In this document: one piece after another, positions 63,395-64,000 of the stretch
Position numbering within the stretch: the first letter of the stretch is position 1
How the letters are laid out: each line of letters starts with the position of its first letter
Origin: Mobula birostris
Taxonomy: Eukaryota
Direction: 5' to 3'
DNA: 64,000 bases
NCBI RefSeq assembly: GCF_030028105.1
Contig: NC_092372.1
Location: forward strand, 125,473,492-125,537,491
Made by a program: the position numbers and the translations under genes
The notes under the pieces: model-generated
Seen by the model: the letters and a program-made list of their open reading frames with translations, nothing else
The model's database searches: none
What the model was told of the DNA's origin: nothing

Positions 63395-63900
63395 GTCATA
63401 GAGTGCCTACAGCACAGAAACAGGCCTTTCGGCCTACCTTGTCCTTGCTGACCAACTCTTCTGTCGAGTTCTATCTATCTGGACCCAGATCATATCCCTC
63501 CAAACCTCTCTCATCCATGTACCTATCCAAGCATCACTTAAATGTTATAACTGAACCCACATCTTCCACTTCCACTGGAAACTCATTCCACACTCGCACC
63601 ACCATCTGAGTGAAGAAGTTTTCCCTCAGATTCCTGTTGAATATTTCACCTTTCACCCTAAGCCTATGATATCTAGTTCTAGTCTCACTCAGCCTGAGGG
63701 GAAAAAGCATTCATACATTTGCCTTATGTATACCACACATACTTTTGTTTACCTCTGTGAGTTCTTCCTTAATTATCCTGCACTCTGGGGAATATAGTCC
63801 TAACCTATTCAACCTTCCCCTATAACTCAGGTACTCAAGTCCTGGCAACATTTTCCCTATACTTTTTCAATCTTATTTACATCTTTCCTACAGGTAGGTG
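63395..63900 (-). mobile_element. CR1 3' end
   Basis: Tail gtcatagagtgcctacagcacagaaacaggcc and degenerate C-terminal codons. Confidence 0.75.
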
Positions 63901-64000
63901 ACCAATACTGCAAATAACATAAACATAATAACATAATGGCTCTGTCTGTCTGAGCAGACAATGGATGTACCCGGTTTAGGACTCATTTGGGTGAGGAACA

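Noticed and set aside
1-64000. CRISPR arrays, rRNA or standalone tRNA genes
   Set aside because: None seen; tRNA-like sequence is limited to SINE heads and the retroviral PBS

Overview
Vertebrate genomic DNA, most likely a cartilaginous fish such as a ray or shark (inferred from the CR1, Rex1 and Penelope repeat families). Two host genes are recognisable. APOBEC2 is represented by its large final coding exon (641-1175, +). OARD1/TARG1 is complete, with five coding exons on the minus strand (31673->22137) and an unusual 42-aa C-terminal extension. The two genes lie tail-to-tail as in human, and a CpG-rich promoter sits at about 33.3-34.45 kb. Most of the rest is transposable elements, often nested. 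These include two near-full-length CR1 LINEs, several Rex1-type LINEs, and Penelope-like elements whose termini carry minimal hammerhead ribozymes. There are also hAT DNA transposons, solo LTRs, and a decayed retrovirus-like provirus (47053-57069, -) with a tRNA-Leu primer-binding site and two zinc knuckles. That provirus hosts a rearranged Gmr1-type Gypsy element and a related solo LTR. All calls were made by eye; TE boundaries are approximate unless a TSD or TIR is quoted.
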